NCBI GenBank assembly: GCA_010405405.1
Contig: MU004230.1
Span: 4,420,282-4,484,281 of the forward strand
Source: Microthyrium microscopicum
Taxonomy: Eukaryota
DNA: 64,000 bases
Direction of reading: 5' to 3'
Part shown: piece after piece, positions 22,601 through 35,532 of the stretch
Layout: each line of letters begins with the position of its first letter
Numbering within the stretch: position 1 is the stretch's first letter
Position numbers and translations under genes: made by a program
Notes under the pieces: generated by a model
What the model saw: only the letters and a program-made list of their open reading frames with translations
What the model was told of the DNA's origin: nothing
Database searches by the model: none

Positions 22601-25600
22601 AGGCGCAGGCACTTCAACCTCGACCTACTTCAGGCCGAGCTACGAACGGTAGTACTGAAGATCAAGAAAACCAACTCACTGCTGAACAAGAACTTACCAT
22701 ACAAGTTTCGGATCTCAAACGTGATCTGGAGCTCAAGACTGGGGAGGTTCAACAGGCAAGTGAGCATGTCGAGCAATTCAAAAACATCGCCCAAGCTGCA
22801 GAAGAAGAGCTTGAGAGCCTCACAGAAACCCATGATCAATTCAAAGAAGAAATGGATCGCATGGTTACTGAAAAGGACAACAAGATCCAGGATCTTGAAA
22901 AACGTGTTGAGGAGATCTCATCGGAGCTTTCAACGACGAGCAACGAATTGTCACAACTTCGCGAAGCACAAGAACAAACCGCGACAAATTTCAGTGAACA
23001 GAAATCAATTCTGGAGTCTGAGATTGTTCGCCTTCGAGACGACAGCGAGCGATTCTCCGAGACCTCTAAGCTTCATCAACAAGATCTTAGAGCGCAAGCC
23101 GATATTGCTCAACGTGCCCAGCAAAGCTACGAAGACGAGCTGGTCAAGCATGCAGAGGCTGCGAAACTTCTACAATCCGTGCGATCCGAGTTCAATGAGC
23201 TCAAGACTCAAGTCGCCGGTTTCAAGGCTGATGCGGAAGCTTCAAAGGTTGCTCTCAACCAAAACGAGGAGAGCTGGTCTGAGACACGGGCTCGCTATGA
23301 GCAAGAACTCACTGAACTTCGCACTCGTCGTGAGGATGTCAACTCTCAAAACGCCCGTCTTCACACCCAGCTGGAGGCTGTCAGTGCCCAGATTGCTGCT
23401 CTCAAGCAAGCGAAACCTATGCCTGGATCTCCTGCGGACCGACAGAGCACTCCGGCCTTCGACAACAACAATCGCGATGAGATCATTACCTGGCTCAAGA
23501 ACGAGAAGGAGATTGTCGAAGTTCAACTCGAATTGTCATCTCAAGAGTGCAAGCGCTATAAACAAAAGTATGAGCTTACCGAAAGTCAACTTGATGAAGC
23601 TCGCGAAAAACTTAACCAGGAACGCCAATCGCATACGGACCGAGAACAGACTGCCATGAGCCATACCAAGCTTATGGAGTCTATCAACCAACTCAACCTC
23701 TTCCGGGAGAGTAACGCTTCGCTTCGCGTTGAAGCTCGTCAAGCTCAAGCTCAGCTTGCCGAGAAGATCACGGAAGTCGAGACACTAAGTACTCAACTTG
23801 AGCCTCTTCGGGCTCGCGTTAGTGAACTCGAGAACGAAATAGAGAATAAAGATGGGGAGATCAAGCTCCTGCAAGAGGACCGCGACCGTTCCCAAAAGCG
23901 AATCCAGGACATTCTTCAAAAGTACGACCGCATCGATCCTCAAGAGCTCGAAGCACTCAAGACTCGAATTGGAGAACTTGAGGCTGAGCGCGATACCATC
24001 GTTAGTGAGAAGGAAGCTCTCCAGGCTATCGCTGATGGCGTGGATGCGAAGATTCAAGAGAACACCGAGACGCTCAATGCACAATTCCAAGAGCGTAGAA
24101 ATAAGCTTATAGAGCAATCCAAGAACAAGGCCCGAGAACAAGGAGGCATCATTGCCGACTTGCGAACTCAGATTGAGGAGCTTCAGAAAGCAAAGTCAGA
24201 GCTCACTGAAGAAGTTGCTTCTGCCAAACAGCAATTTCAGACCGCGCAAGCTGAGCGTGATCAAGCCTTCGCTGCTAAGGGTTCAGAAGAAGGTCAGATC
24301 AACGAAGGCAATGATGCGTCTAATGTCGATGTCGCCTCCTATGAAGCACGAATTGCAGCTGCGGAGTCCAAGGTTGAGGAAGAGCAACAACGATGTGCTG
24401 CTCTTCAAGCTGAGAGCCAAGACGTTCAAGGTCGTATCCAGGCTTTCGAGGGTCAAATTGTAAGTTATCTCACCACAAATTGAAGCTCAAAATAATATGC
24501 TAACTCATTATAGTCTGAATTGCAGCAACAGCTGGAATCGACCACTGCCGAGATCACTCGACTGCAACAAGTCGATGTTCCCATACAGAATGGCCCATCA
24601 TCCGAGGAACTTGACGCTCTTCGTGCCCAATTGGCCACCGCTCAGCAGGAGCTTGAAACTGCTCGTGCTGGCGCTGCTGTGGCTTCGAATGGTCAAGCCC
24701 CACCGCCCAATAGTGGAGACGGACAGCCTGCGCTTAGCGAAGAAGAGCTTGAGCAGCGGGTAGCTGAGCGTAAGGCTGAATTAGAAGAACACTACAAATC
24801 TCTTGAAAGCCAGGCTGAAGAAAAACTCAAGATGCGGACAGAAAAGATGAAGACTGCCTTGAACACCAAACTGCAAGAGCGCAAAGCCGAAAATGAAAAG
24901 GCGATCGAGGACATTAAAACCAGTCATGCAGCAGAGCTGGAAGCTTTGAAATCCCAATCAGGTGCTGCGGCACCTATTGCTGATTCTAAACCTACTGAAG
25001 CCGAGAGCTCCAAGGTCAGCCAGCTGTCCAGCGGTTCATCACTCTCAGATCTGGCTGCTCTGACGCCCGAGGATGTTCGTACATTCGTTAATACCAACGA
25101 TACCGTTAAAGGCATTGTCAAGCGAACTGTCACTGCGCAAGTTGGAAAGGCCGAGGAGAAGGTCAAGGTCGAGTATGAGCAAAAGATGCAAGAACTTCAA
25201 GCCGGCTTCGAAATTCAGAAGAAAGAAGCTATCGACAACGCCAAGAATCTTGAAAGCAAGAGAAGCAGTGTGAAGCTCAGCATGGCTGATAAGAAGGCAA
25301 GTGGTGCTCTCGCAAAGCTGGGAGTCGTTGAGACTGCTGCCAAAGAAACCCCACAACGTCCAGTTGTCGAAGTTTGGGAAATTGCCAAAGTCGCTCAGCC
25401 AGCGCCTCCAGCTACAGCGTCTGGCTCTACTACCAACGTTCAACTCCAGCCGGGTCTCTCGGCCATTCGACCTGTGGCATCGGTCACCCAGACACCCGCT
25501 CAAGCACCCACTCCAGCTCCCGTGCAGGCGCCAACTATAGCACCTAATCCTTTTGGTGCTCCAGCTCAGGCGCCGGTCGCAGGAGTGAATCCATTTGGCG

Positions 25601-26097
25601 CTCCGTCCGGTGGCTCTAAGCTGCCCAATCCTTTCGCTACACCTTCGGCCACACCCGGATTGCAGATACCAACAGGACTTCCAGCCAAGCCGCCACAAGC
25701 ACTAGGCACTGGACCCGCGGCTCTTATGGACATTCGTGGTGCCGCACAAGGCAGCGGTATACCACGCCCAGGCCAAATAGGACAGGGTCGTGGAGGCTCA
25801 GGCATTCCTCGTGGTGGCGGAGGCCGAGGCGGACGTGGAAACCAACAAGGCGGTGGACAGCGTGGAAACTTCCAACCAAACAATCGCGGAGGAAACCAAC
25901 AGCAAGGCGGTGGTCGAGGCGGTCGACCACCATCACAACAGCAGCAACATCCACCGCCATCGCAAAATACGGGTAGCCCAGGTAGCCCGATGAATCCGAC
26001 AGCAGCCAAGTTTACGCCAGCTAGTGGATTTCCTCCAGGCAATAAGCGGCCCGCAGACGATCAAGCCGGTAATGCCGAAAAACGTCCACGTCAATAG
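19680..26097 (+). CDS. MLP1: Nuclear basket coiled-coil protein Mlp1/TPR (exons 19680-19971, 20018-24459, 24514-26097)
   Basis: About 2100-aa coiled coil with YEDELVKHAE, QLNLFRESNASLR, ILQKYDRIDP and a Gly/Arg/Gln-rich tail; two in-frame introns. Confidence 0.9.
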
Positions 26098-26554
26098 GAT
26101 GGTCGTCGATGATTTTGGTATGAGCGAAAAAGCGGTCCTTAGAAGATAAATAGCTCAGGAGTTCGTAGGCTTCAGATCAGTAGTTTTAGGTGCATGGGCG
26201 TTGTGGCAGCAAAGACTTATCAGTCTAATTCTTTTGTACTTTTGCTTGTTTTATGTATGTATCAAATATTCGGCTAAGGTATAGCCATGGCCATGAGGAA
26301 GCATGTTAAATCGACATAGTTACGATTCTCACTTTCATTTCTGATTTCGTGATATATTTTCACAGTAACCAGTCGTTCCGGGATTAGCATCTCGGTGTTA
26401 AGATACGAGGTACTTCAACTTGGAGATATCTTGTGTAAAGACTTGAACTCGAAAGTTCCACCGATATGAGTCATTGAGACTTTTCCATCTTCACGTAACT
26501 GGATTATGAATTGATGCGCCATTCTTAACTTTTCGTTGCTAAGTTGATGTCGAC

Positions 26555-27866
26555 ATGGAAGAACGGAAGCTCATCGCCATTATTGGGTATCATCCAAATC
26601 CTATAACTACTCTGATATATCTTCTAACTTACGCTTGATAGTGCCGGGGTCATAGGCCTTCAAATAGCTTGTACCCTACTTGAAGCAGGTTATCGGGTTA
26701 CTATTCTAGCCCAACACTATCCTGGGGACCAGTCAATTAACTATACGTCTCCATGGTTCGCTACCGCCATCTCATTACATCTTGATCTGTGCCATTGAGC
26801 TGATGGAGAAATTGACAGGGCTGGAGCGCATTGGAGGTCTTATGCCGAAAACGACGACTATGAACAGCATGACTGGGATCTGCAGACGTTTCGATACTGG
26901 CAACGGCAAATCGAGCTTGAGGAGAGAGACGATGGACCAGGAGTCAAGTCGGGACTTGGAGTATGTAAATCCTCCAAGGTGTCTTCATGCTTCTAACAAC
27001 TACAGCTTTGCGAATGCTTAGAATATGGGTATATCAATACTCTACCACAACACCCCAAACCAACGATATAGCTAACGCCAAATAGGGTCTCTAGCCTAGA
27101 ACTCTGGTACGACAAACACATGCCCAACTTCAAACAAATACCTACCTCCGACCTGCCCAAGGGCATCAGTGAAGGCTACTCCCACACCAGCATAATGATC
27201 AACGCGCCCATGTACCTAGCCTATCTCCTCCACAAAGTTAAAGCTCTCGGCGCAACCACCGTCCAATACATCCTGCCCACCAGCACCCTAGAGGCTGCGC
27301 TCGACGCGGCTGAATCGCACATCGACCAAACCACATCCCAAGCCCCCATAGCCGCCTTCGTCAACGCCACCGGTCTATCTGCGGGCAAACTCGTCCCTGA
27401 CCTCGCAGTCTACCCCATCCGCGGTCTCACCGTCCTCGTGCGAGGAACAGCCTCAAAATGCACCACAGTCCAATATGGCGCCGAAGCCGCAGCAGAAAAG
27501 GAGGCAGCAAACATCGGCATCACATACGTTCTTCCACGGCCGCGCGCAAACGAGACGGTGGTGGGTGGGACGAAGTTAGTGGGCAATTGGGATGCAGAGG
27601 CGTATCTAGGGGAAGTAGAAGCAATACTGGCGCGAGCGAAGGAATTCGCGCCGGAGCTGTTAAATGCGGAAGGCAAGTTTAATGTGATCAGCGCGCAGGT
27701 TGGACTAAGGCCGGGAAGGAAGGGCGGTGCGAGGGTGGAGATGGAGATTATGGATGGGAGACGGGTTTGTCATGCATATGGGCATTCGGGGGCTGGTTAT
27801 CAGAATTCGATTGGGGTTGCTGGGAAGGTTTTAAAGTTGGTTAATGAAAGTTTTGTGAGAGGATAG
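26555..27866 (+). CDS. D-amino-acid oxidase family flavoprotein (exons 26555-26586, 26642-26755, 26819-26960, 27006-27028, 27086-27866)
   Basis: IIGAGVIGL, YTSPWAGAHW, VNATGL, VGLRPGR, HAYGHSGAGYQNSIG. Confidence 0.9.
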
Positions 27867-27959
27867 CGAGATGATGAGGGCAGGCGTCGTCTTATACAAT
27901 AGTTGTTCTATGTTCCTGTAGAGGCAGCCTTTTCTACTAAATTAGCATTACACTTTACA

Positions 27960-28837
27960 TTACCAGCCTTGATCCTCATCTCCGTAGCCATCTTTATGAT
28001 GGGGCGTGAATTTCGGAGGAGCGGGTGGTGCTGCTTGAGTGTTTGCCATCGTACTTGATATCCCTTCTTTCTGAGTCTCTGCATATTCCGATTCGTTCTG
28101 GTTCGCTGTTGCAACTATAACCTTTCTCAGGAGTCGAGCCGGGTTACCAGCTACGATCCAGAACTCAGGCACATTTTTCGTGACCACGCTTGCAGCTCCA
28201 ATGACTGCACCTTTGCCAATTGTGACACCTGGCAATATTGTCGCACCACCTCCGATCCAAACATCTTCGCCAATATGAACTTCCTTGCCGAGTTCTGGTC
28301 CATTTGTGCCATTCCTGAGAAAGGGATCTTCGGGGTGTGTGCCACTGTATATCGAAACATTCGGACCGAGCAGAGTTCGCGCTCCGATGGTGACCAGACA
28401 AGTATCAAGGACCGTAAGGTTAAAATTGATAAAGACACCTTCTCCAACACGTAGATTCGTGCCGTAGTCAATATGGAGCGGAGCATGTACCCAGGGATAT
28501 GACGCGAGTAACTGCTCGTCTTCCTCGGAAGTGGTGCCCTGCGGTGGCATCGGCGAGCTGTCGCCAATAACACTACGTCGCGTCAACGTTGAGCACTCAC
28601 AGATGTGCTATGATGGCGTATCAAAAGGCAGAGTGTTTGCGAGGGAGATATATCAACTTACTCCCTCCATAACTCTACGCGCCTTCGCCGAGTCACATCA
28701 CCAGCATTGTTATAGTTGTGACATGCTACTTCGGACCGATGCCTGTCGGCGACGAGGTCAGGGTGAAAGGCAAAGTAGAGCTCTCCTTGCAGCATGCGCT
28801 TGCGATTTTCGTCCGGATTGATATTGGTAGGATCCAT
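27960..28837 (-). CDS. Maltose/galactoside O-acetyltransferase family (intron 28573-28661)
   Basis: RKRMLQGELYFAF N-terminus, DYGTN, hexapeptide repeats, ILPGVTIG, VAGNPAR. Confidence 0.88.
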
Positions 28838-29264
28838 TGTACTCTAAGCTGAGCGAAATGTGAAGTGAACAATGAAGTTGGAATAAAGTTACAGGTTGAA
28901 GTTGCCGGTTCACGAGGAAGGAAGGAGCGGCACCCAGGAAATCAAAGGCGCTTGGACCTCGCCCTCGCGGAGCCTCCTCCAAGGCTCCAAGCTCTTCTCT
29001 TCTACCTATTTCTCGAATCTCCAGCATCAAATTCAGGCATACAAATCTCTTAAATAGTTTTGAAAAAAGAACGGGATCGGAGTCTCATCGCACAAAGTAC
29101 AAGAGCAAGGACTACAAGGGGATACTCAAGCTGCTATGGTGCGACGCGCGGTTCACAAATCGGCCTTTGAACTCTCATCAACATGCCCTTCGAATACGAT
29201 ATTGGCAACTCCTCAACACGCTCAGAATTCGACATTTCCAAAAGAAGTCTTGCAATAATCAGAA

Positions 29265-32200
29265 ATGGACGCCCGAAACAAAGCTTTCCAAAAACTAAAA
29301 CCGCCATGCGTTGCTTTGAGCCAGGCTGCTCTTGCTTCCATGGGTAGCAATGGAGACTCTGCTACTGTCGTTCCCGGGCTGTCAAATCTCTTGAAAGTCC
29401 TCAAACATCCTTCAGTTTTGGAAGCACTAGACGAGAAGCTAGCCGATTATGTCTTCTTCCCATTGTCTAGTGTGCTCCGACAACTGGAAAAGGTCTCTTT
29501 CAAGGCACAAGAACTTACCTTCGAATGCATATCTCTGCTCCTAGATACTGCATGGAAGAGAGATATTGCACCAGAACTAGGCATACAGCTCATGATTTTG
29601 CTCACCTTTTTGCTCGATGCAAAGAAGGAAGGCGCGCCAACCAGACTGGACTTGGAAGAGCTTTACGTCACAGCACTTAAGTGCCTCAGTAAGATATACC
29701 AGTCTTTGGGAAGCAGTTCGCGCGGCAAGAATGCTCTGACATCTGCACCTCACGTTCCACAAATCGGCAAGACCTTGACAGTCATGCTGGAGAACGTCAC
29801 GGATTCTAGCTTACCCAGTGTTCAGCTTGTAGCTCTGGAGGCTATTGATTCATTCTGCAAGGCATGGCCAGATCATGTGGCTTTGTCTTCCAGTTTTTTC
29901 CCGGGCTTTATATCGTCCCTGGCGCGGCTACTGAGTCCAAAGCCTAGCGACAAGACCTTTTACAAACCTTTGGTAGCAGGCCTTGAATTTCTGTCGAAGC
30001 TTCTAGTAAGCGTACTGGGAGATGACAAGACCAAATCTCTGCCAGAACGTACGCAAGGAGAAGGATCGTCTAAAGCACTGGATCAAGTGTGGCTTCGCGC
30101 CACAGTAGGACAAGTCAAAATCGCACTCTCAAATGTCATGAAGTTGCGAACTCGCAATCATGTTCAGGTCAGGCGTGCTCTGGCTCATTTGTGTTTGACT
30201 TGCCTCAAAAATTGCTGGATCTCTTTGGAGCCAGCTCGAGACATGCTATTAGAGAGTGCGCTTGTGGTTGCAGCTAACGATGAACAAATCGCAACAGACC
30301 TGGAGCATTTCATGGTCATCAACGAGTCAATTGCAGAGATACTTCGTTCCATCCTCTACAACAGTGTCGTATCACTCCCAAGACTCATGCTCTCTGCAGA
30401 TGATACCCTGCGCCAACGAACACTCAATCAAATCTCTTTGAACTTTCGCCTCTTGAGCGATGGTGGAATGGATCTTTCTATGGTGGAAAATGTGTTGGCC
30501 GCGAGTGTCAGAGACAGTATTGTCAACGTTTTCTCTTCCCAGAAAACATCGACTCTGATCTCTGAGCAAAACCAGCCGTCTTCCATGGAAATTGCGACAC
30601 TCAGCGAAAGCAAGGAAACATCCATGCCAGACGTTGTCGCCACCAGTGGAACTCAAAAGCAGATTGTCCTGGAAATGTCTAGAATGATGACCCAACTGGC
30701 CACAAACGACCAATCTTTTCAATTGACCAGGCAATTAGTGGCTTCCTTACGAAGTCACGACGAAAAAACCCGGCTTGCGTCCCTTTGGGCTTCACTCCAG
30801 CTACTCCGAGCAGCAAGTGAATCTTCTTTGTCTGATATGCTGAATATAGACGGCATTGACGATGGACTTCAAGATTTGCTCGAAGAAACCTACGACTTTG
30901 CTCTGCAAATGCTCAATATCTCGGATTATGAGACGAAGGACTGGCGCATCCGAGCTTTGTCCCTTGAAGTAGTGACACTACAAGCCCATTTTCATGGAGA
31001 GGGGTTCCGCTCTGAGTTTATTGATTGCCTTTATCCTGTTGTGCAAACCATGGGGTCATCAATTCCTGAGCTTCGTCAGCATGCTGTTGTTGCTCTCAAT
31101 CTTTTAGCAGGTGACTGCGGATATCATAGCAGTGGAGAAATGATCATTGACAATGTGGACTACCTGGTCAATGCAGTTGCATTGCGGCTCAATACCTTTG
31201 ACCTCTCACCACAAGCACCCCAGGTTTTAGTCATGATGATCAGACTAGCTGGTTCACCCTTGCTGCCGTTCCTGGATGATATCGTCGAAAGTATTTTTGC
31301 TGCACTAGAGTCCTTTCATGGGTATCCGAAGTTGGTTGGCTTTCTTTTCGAGGTTCTGAACACGATTGCCCAAGAAGGTGTCAAGTCACCGGGACTACAG
31401 ATTGAAGAGGATATGAACTTATTAAAGCAAGCCATGATATTGCAGAGGCCCATCTCGGTTGCAAATCTATGCCTCCTTTTGAGCGAGCAACATAGCAGAC
31501 TAGAAGAGCAAGAACTAGTATTTGATTCTCAAGATGAGAATATTAAGGAGGCTCTCGAAGCTGGAGAATATGTCGGCTTCCACAACGCTAACAAATCCAA
31601 ACCTTCTGAAAACAGCCCTGAAAATGACACTCTCGAAAAGTCTAGCGACAGCAAAGAGCTCAAGGAAGGAGGCTCGTTGCCGAAGGACCAAGCCAAAACA
31701 TACGAATTGCTACTGAGCATCGCACGGCTTACCCAGCACTACCTGACTACCTCGTCTTTAGAACTACGTATCAAACTCCTGACGTTACTCAAAACGATAT
31801 TCCCAACCCTAGGCCGATTAGAGGATTCTTTCCTACCGCTAATAAACGTTCTATGGCCAGTCTTATTGCCTCGTCTGCACGATCTGGAAACGTTTGTTGT
31901 GGCTGGTGCACTTGACGCCATTACTTTGCTCTGTGTCCACGCCGGAAGTTTCATGAAGAGCAGAATTGAAGATGCTTGGCTTGATATCCGAGCCCTCCAC
32001 GCACGGTGCTGGCCTACTCACCCAAGGACGTACCCGAAACTCGCCCTAGATCAGAGCCAGGAAAGCCCCACATTTGGCTTCAAGGTAGAAGGGTTTACAC
32101 AGGTTCCTGGCGCTGGCATAAGCGCTTCATCCCTACGACCGAGCTCGCACTCACCTGCCACAGGCATTCGAAATAGTTTGGTCGATCTACTCATCGCTAT

Positions 32201-32357
32201 AACCAAACACATTAAAGTCAATGATAGCATGCTAGATGATTTGTTTGAAATGCTGCTCCCAATGGCAAAAGCAAACCAATCTGTTCACAATGTACTAGAA
32301 TCTGCCAACCCAGATGCTCTCTGGCTAGCGTTCTCCAGGCTTCATAGTCCAATATGA
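29265..32357 (+). CDS. TTI1: TEL2-interacting protein 1 (TTT complex HEAT-repeat subunit)
   Basis: RNKAFQKLKPPCV, LADYVFFPL, NVDYLVNAVALRL, FLPLINVLWP; single 1030-aa ORF. Confidence 0.85.
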   Translation: MDARNKAFQKLKPPCVALSQAALASMGSNGDSATVVPGLSNLLKVLKHPSVLEALDEKLADYVFFPLSSVLRQLEKVSFKAQELTFECISLLLDTAWKRDIAPELGIQLMILLTFLLDAKKEGAPTRLDLEELYVTALKCLSKIYQSLGSSSRGKNALTSAPHVPQIGKTLTVMLENVTDSSLPSVQLVALEAIDSFCKAWPDHVALSSSFFPGFISSLARLLSPKPSDKTFYKPLVAGLEFLSKLLVSVLGDDKTKSLPERTQGEGSSKALDQVWLRATVGQVKIALSNVMKLRTRNHVQVRRALAHLCLTCLKNCWISLEPARDMLLESALVVAANDEQIATDLEHFMVINESIAEILRSILYNSVVSLPRLMLSADDTLRQRTLNQISLNFRLLSDGGMDLSMVENVLAASVRDSIVNVFSSQKTSTLISEQNQPSSMEIATLSESKETSMPDVVATSGTQKQIVLEMSRMMTQLATNDQSFQLTRQLVASLRSHDEKTRLASLWASLQLLRAASESSLSDMLNIDGIDDGLQDLLEETYDFALQMLNISDYETKDWRIRALSLEVVTLQAHFHGEGFRSEFIDCLYPVVQTMGSSIPELRQHAVVALNLLAGDCGYHSSGEMIIDNVDYLVNAVALRLNTFDLSPQAPQVLVMMIRLAGSPLLPFLDDIVESIFAALESFHGYPKLVGFLFEVLNTIAQEGVKSPGLQIEEDMNLLKQAMILQRPISVANLCLLLSEQHSRLEEQELVFDSQDENIKEALEAGEYVGFHNANKSKPSENSPENDTLEKSSDSKELKEGGSLPKDQAKTYELLLSIARLTQHYLTTSSLELRIKLLTLLKTIFPTLGRLEDSFLPLINVLWPVLLPRLHDLETFVVAGALDAITLLCVHAGSFMKSRIEDAWLDIRALHARCWPTHPRTYPKLALDQSQESPTFGFKVEGFTQVPGAGISASSLRPSSHSPATGIRNSLVDLLIAITKHIKVNDSMLDDLFEMLLPMAKANQSVHNVLESANPDALWLAFSRLHSPI

Positions 32358-33582
32358 GCAAGCTAGCATAATATCTTGTAAAAATTTGACCGAGCCGACA
32401 GAGAGTACTGATGCGCAAGCCGCCTGTCTTCTTGGATCACCCCTTACGCTCGTATGTTCAAGATCTGCTTAGACGCCAATGATACTAGAGTGTATTAGCT
32501 ATCTGCGCAGATCTTGGCAAATCGATCGATCAGGTTTCAAGCTTTTGAAAGATGACATTGTCAAGCATCCAAGATTATCGCGCGCTGCCGCACTTCGAGC
32601 ACCTTGTGTGAGCAATAACGGCTATCATCCCCGAAAAGCTATACACTCCGATACCTCGTTTACTTTACCAGTGGATACGGCAAGGCCTATTTGAGCAAGA
32701 AATACCGGAATCTGAGTTTATCTTGTTTTGATGATCGCGTGGCTGGAGCATAGCTCGGGTACAACTTGTGCCTCGTGAGTTGAGCAAGCACCTGCCCTGC
32801 TGCTTCACGGACACCCATTGATGGTTCTTGATACAATAGCTTCGTGCGTCTTTGTTTTCAACCAGAACGTTGATATTATTCTGGCAATGGCTCTTATATA
32901 TGTTTGCTATTGGTCCGGTCCGGCCATTTCTGCGCCCTGTTTCTGGCTCTATGAGAGCTCCCGGACGAACTTACTATGTCCTGTCACTCAATAAGTTCCT
33001 GAGAAGGAGAGGCACCGAGATAGAATCTCGAGGTCTTATAAACAAGTCCTGTGCCTCGGGGAACGTCAATACCAGAAAAGAGATCCGAACGATAACTCAT
33101 GCCTACAATCTGATCATCTTACAGTTCACGCTTTGATTGACACATCTTTCCCCCTCGACTACAACGATACCTTGAAATTCTTCTTTAATTGCCTTTTTCT
33201 TCCCCAGGCACTCCAAATCCTCGCTGGGTCGCGATCAAACATTTTTCTTACCCTGTCAATTCCCCGAAAACCACGAGGAGCAGCCACTTGTGCCACAACA
33301 GAAACCTTCTTCACGTGTTGGTTAAAACACTCTCAATTGCCCGTTCCAAACACCACGGAGTGTAGCGCTCCCATTGGATCCATCCGCCCGGTTTTCGCAG
33401 CCCTCAGTATAGGTTTTGCTACACCAATCGCGAAACGACGACTACCAAACATCAACCGCGAGAATCGTTTATCCATATCAATATAGATGTATATTCAGCT
33501 TCACGACCTAAGTTTAGTGGCTAGAACAAGGGATCTCATCGAATCCAAGGACAGGAAATCCGCATTATCTGGTTTCCAGCCG

Positions 33583-33831
33583 ATGTGCTCTCATACATAT
33601 ACACACTTCACACTTTGTGATTGTGTAGCTGTTCATACCCATCAATGTTACCGCTGCGATGATGCTTTGTATGTCATGTATTGCCAGGACTATACAGTCA
33701 AACAACACACAGTCGAAGGTGGCTGCCCCAACCATCGCTATCGCAAAGCCAAGGACCAGGGTTCAAGCAGCAAGAAGGACAAGGACGGGGAAGGCAAAAG
33801 CGAGGGAACCAAGGAAGCGCAGACCACATGA
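33583..33831 (+). CDS. Small Cys/His-rich hypothetical protein (82 aa)
   Basis: MCSHTYTHFTLCDC..HQCYRC..YCQDY..GCPNH followed by a charged tail; sits alone in a 2-kb gap. Confidence 0.55.
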   Translation: MCSHTYTHFTLCDCVAVHTHQCYRCDDALYVMYCQDYTVKQHTVEGGCPNHRYRKAKDQGSSSKKDKDGEGKSEGTKEAQTT

Positions 33832-34384
33832 TAATAGGAAGCTAGTGCCTTGATAATGTCTAGTAAGCTTCAATACCAATCGGCGGACACAGATCTGCCA
33901 CAGTTATTGAATTGCGAACTAGTCTTTACTCTTGATGAACGATGGGTCCAGTGTACAGGGCCTTCGATCTAGGGTATGTTGACTTGGTAGAGGATGTTGC
34001 CCTTGCCGACAACCGCCTGACGGCAGTGAAAAACGATGTATGAGTACTTTGATACGATGAGTTATGACATTGTGCAATATTCGAGGCGAACCCAGCAAAG
34101 GCTGTAGTACCTTTCCTATTCCAGCAACCTGTAATATACATGACTTTACTATATATTCTCCACATGTCTCATTCACATTTGCTCTTGTTCTACCCAGCGG
34201 AGCAAGCATCTGCCCTAAAGGCCTTGTACCTGTCTAACGGGCACAGTAGAAGCTGAATGGTACAGAATTAAGTACCCCACGAAGCGGAATAGCAGGGCCG
34301 GACAGGCTACTGCATTCAGGATGCTTCACCGCGAGTAACTGGTACCGCGGATTGGGGACCGGGCCTTTCCCGATGACCTCTTCT

Positions 34385-35532
34385 TCACGACCTTGAAAGA
34401 TTAACATTGTGCTTGATCAACACACGATCAACGGCCGAGCCCATGAGCGGGATACCAATGGTCTTTTCCGCTCTGAATTGGATATATTGGTCCCCGAACA
34501 TCTCAATTAGGGCCTTTTCTTCGCCTACCCCAGGAAGATATCTTGTTAGCCAGACTTCTTCAAAAACAGCTAGCGTGCCCACATCATATCTCGAGCTTCG
34601 CGTCTCCTACGCCTCTGGGCCGCAGGGTCCAGCGGCGCTGAGCCGCCCAAACAAGCATCAGGACATGAATTAGAGAAGCTTGTCAGCAAGGCTAGAGGGT
34701 AGGTAAGGCACTCACCCGGGATGCGACGAAAGAAGAACCTCCACAAGATCAGCGCAAAGAGAGGCGTCGAAATTACATTCCCCAGCAACACCTGCGTGCC
34801 GACGGCCCACCAGTAGAAGCCAAAATAGCTAGGATGGCGACACCAGGCATAGGGACCCGACGTGATGAGGACATGGTCGCTGCGCTTCTGGCGCTGGACG
34901 ATGTGGTTGAAACTGACGCCCGCGGTAGCGATAGCGGAGTCTCTCATGTACTGCCCTAGCACGACAAGCACGACGCCGAGCAGCTGCAGTGGAATGTGAG
35001 CCCAGCGGGCCTGCCAGGCGGGGAAGAAGACGCTGGTGAGGGTTGTCTCAAGCAAGGCGACTGTCATGGCGTAGGTGTAAGGGCGGCCGTTGGACATTGT
35101 GAGAAAACTGTTTGATTTTGTGTTTTTGAGATTCCAGCGCGCATAGGTGTAGAATTCGCCAAAGTGGAATAGTGAGAGGATGCTTAGAAAGGCAGGGGTG
35201 CGCCATATTCGTGAGGGATTGATGAATAGAAAGTATATGGTGAGTAGTGTGCCAGCTCCGAGAATGTTGCCGAGCACGTAGGATTCGAGTGATATTCCTG
35301 TCAGTGAGAGCTTTCCGTCGGGCTTCAAATCGTCAAAAGCTACAGTGACTGTTTCATGATGTGGTTGGTCTTGCTCACTGGACGAGCTGGAGTCCGAGCG
35401 AGCTTCGCGTTGTGTTCTGCGCTGTTCCATGGCGTCTTGGTTGGTGCTTGCGTTTGAAGTTTGTGTTTCTTCGCTAGAATCTTGAGTCTCGTAAGATGGA
35501 CCAAGGAGATGCTCTTGGGGAGCGGAAGGCAT
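34385..35532 (-). CDS. STE14: Isoprenylcysteine carboxyl methyltransferase (intron 34525-34715)
   Basis: FHFGEF, SFNHIVQ, RHPSYFGFYWW, and spliced RIPGEEKALIEMFGDQY..GIP. Confidence 0.92.

Noticed and set aside
22577..23659. 360-aa alternative-frame ORF, plus many antisense ORFs over MRC1, SSZ1, MLP1 and JSN1
   Set aside because: Shadow ORFs of long coding regions with no independent motifs.
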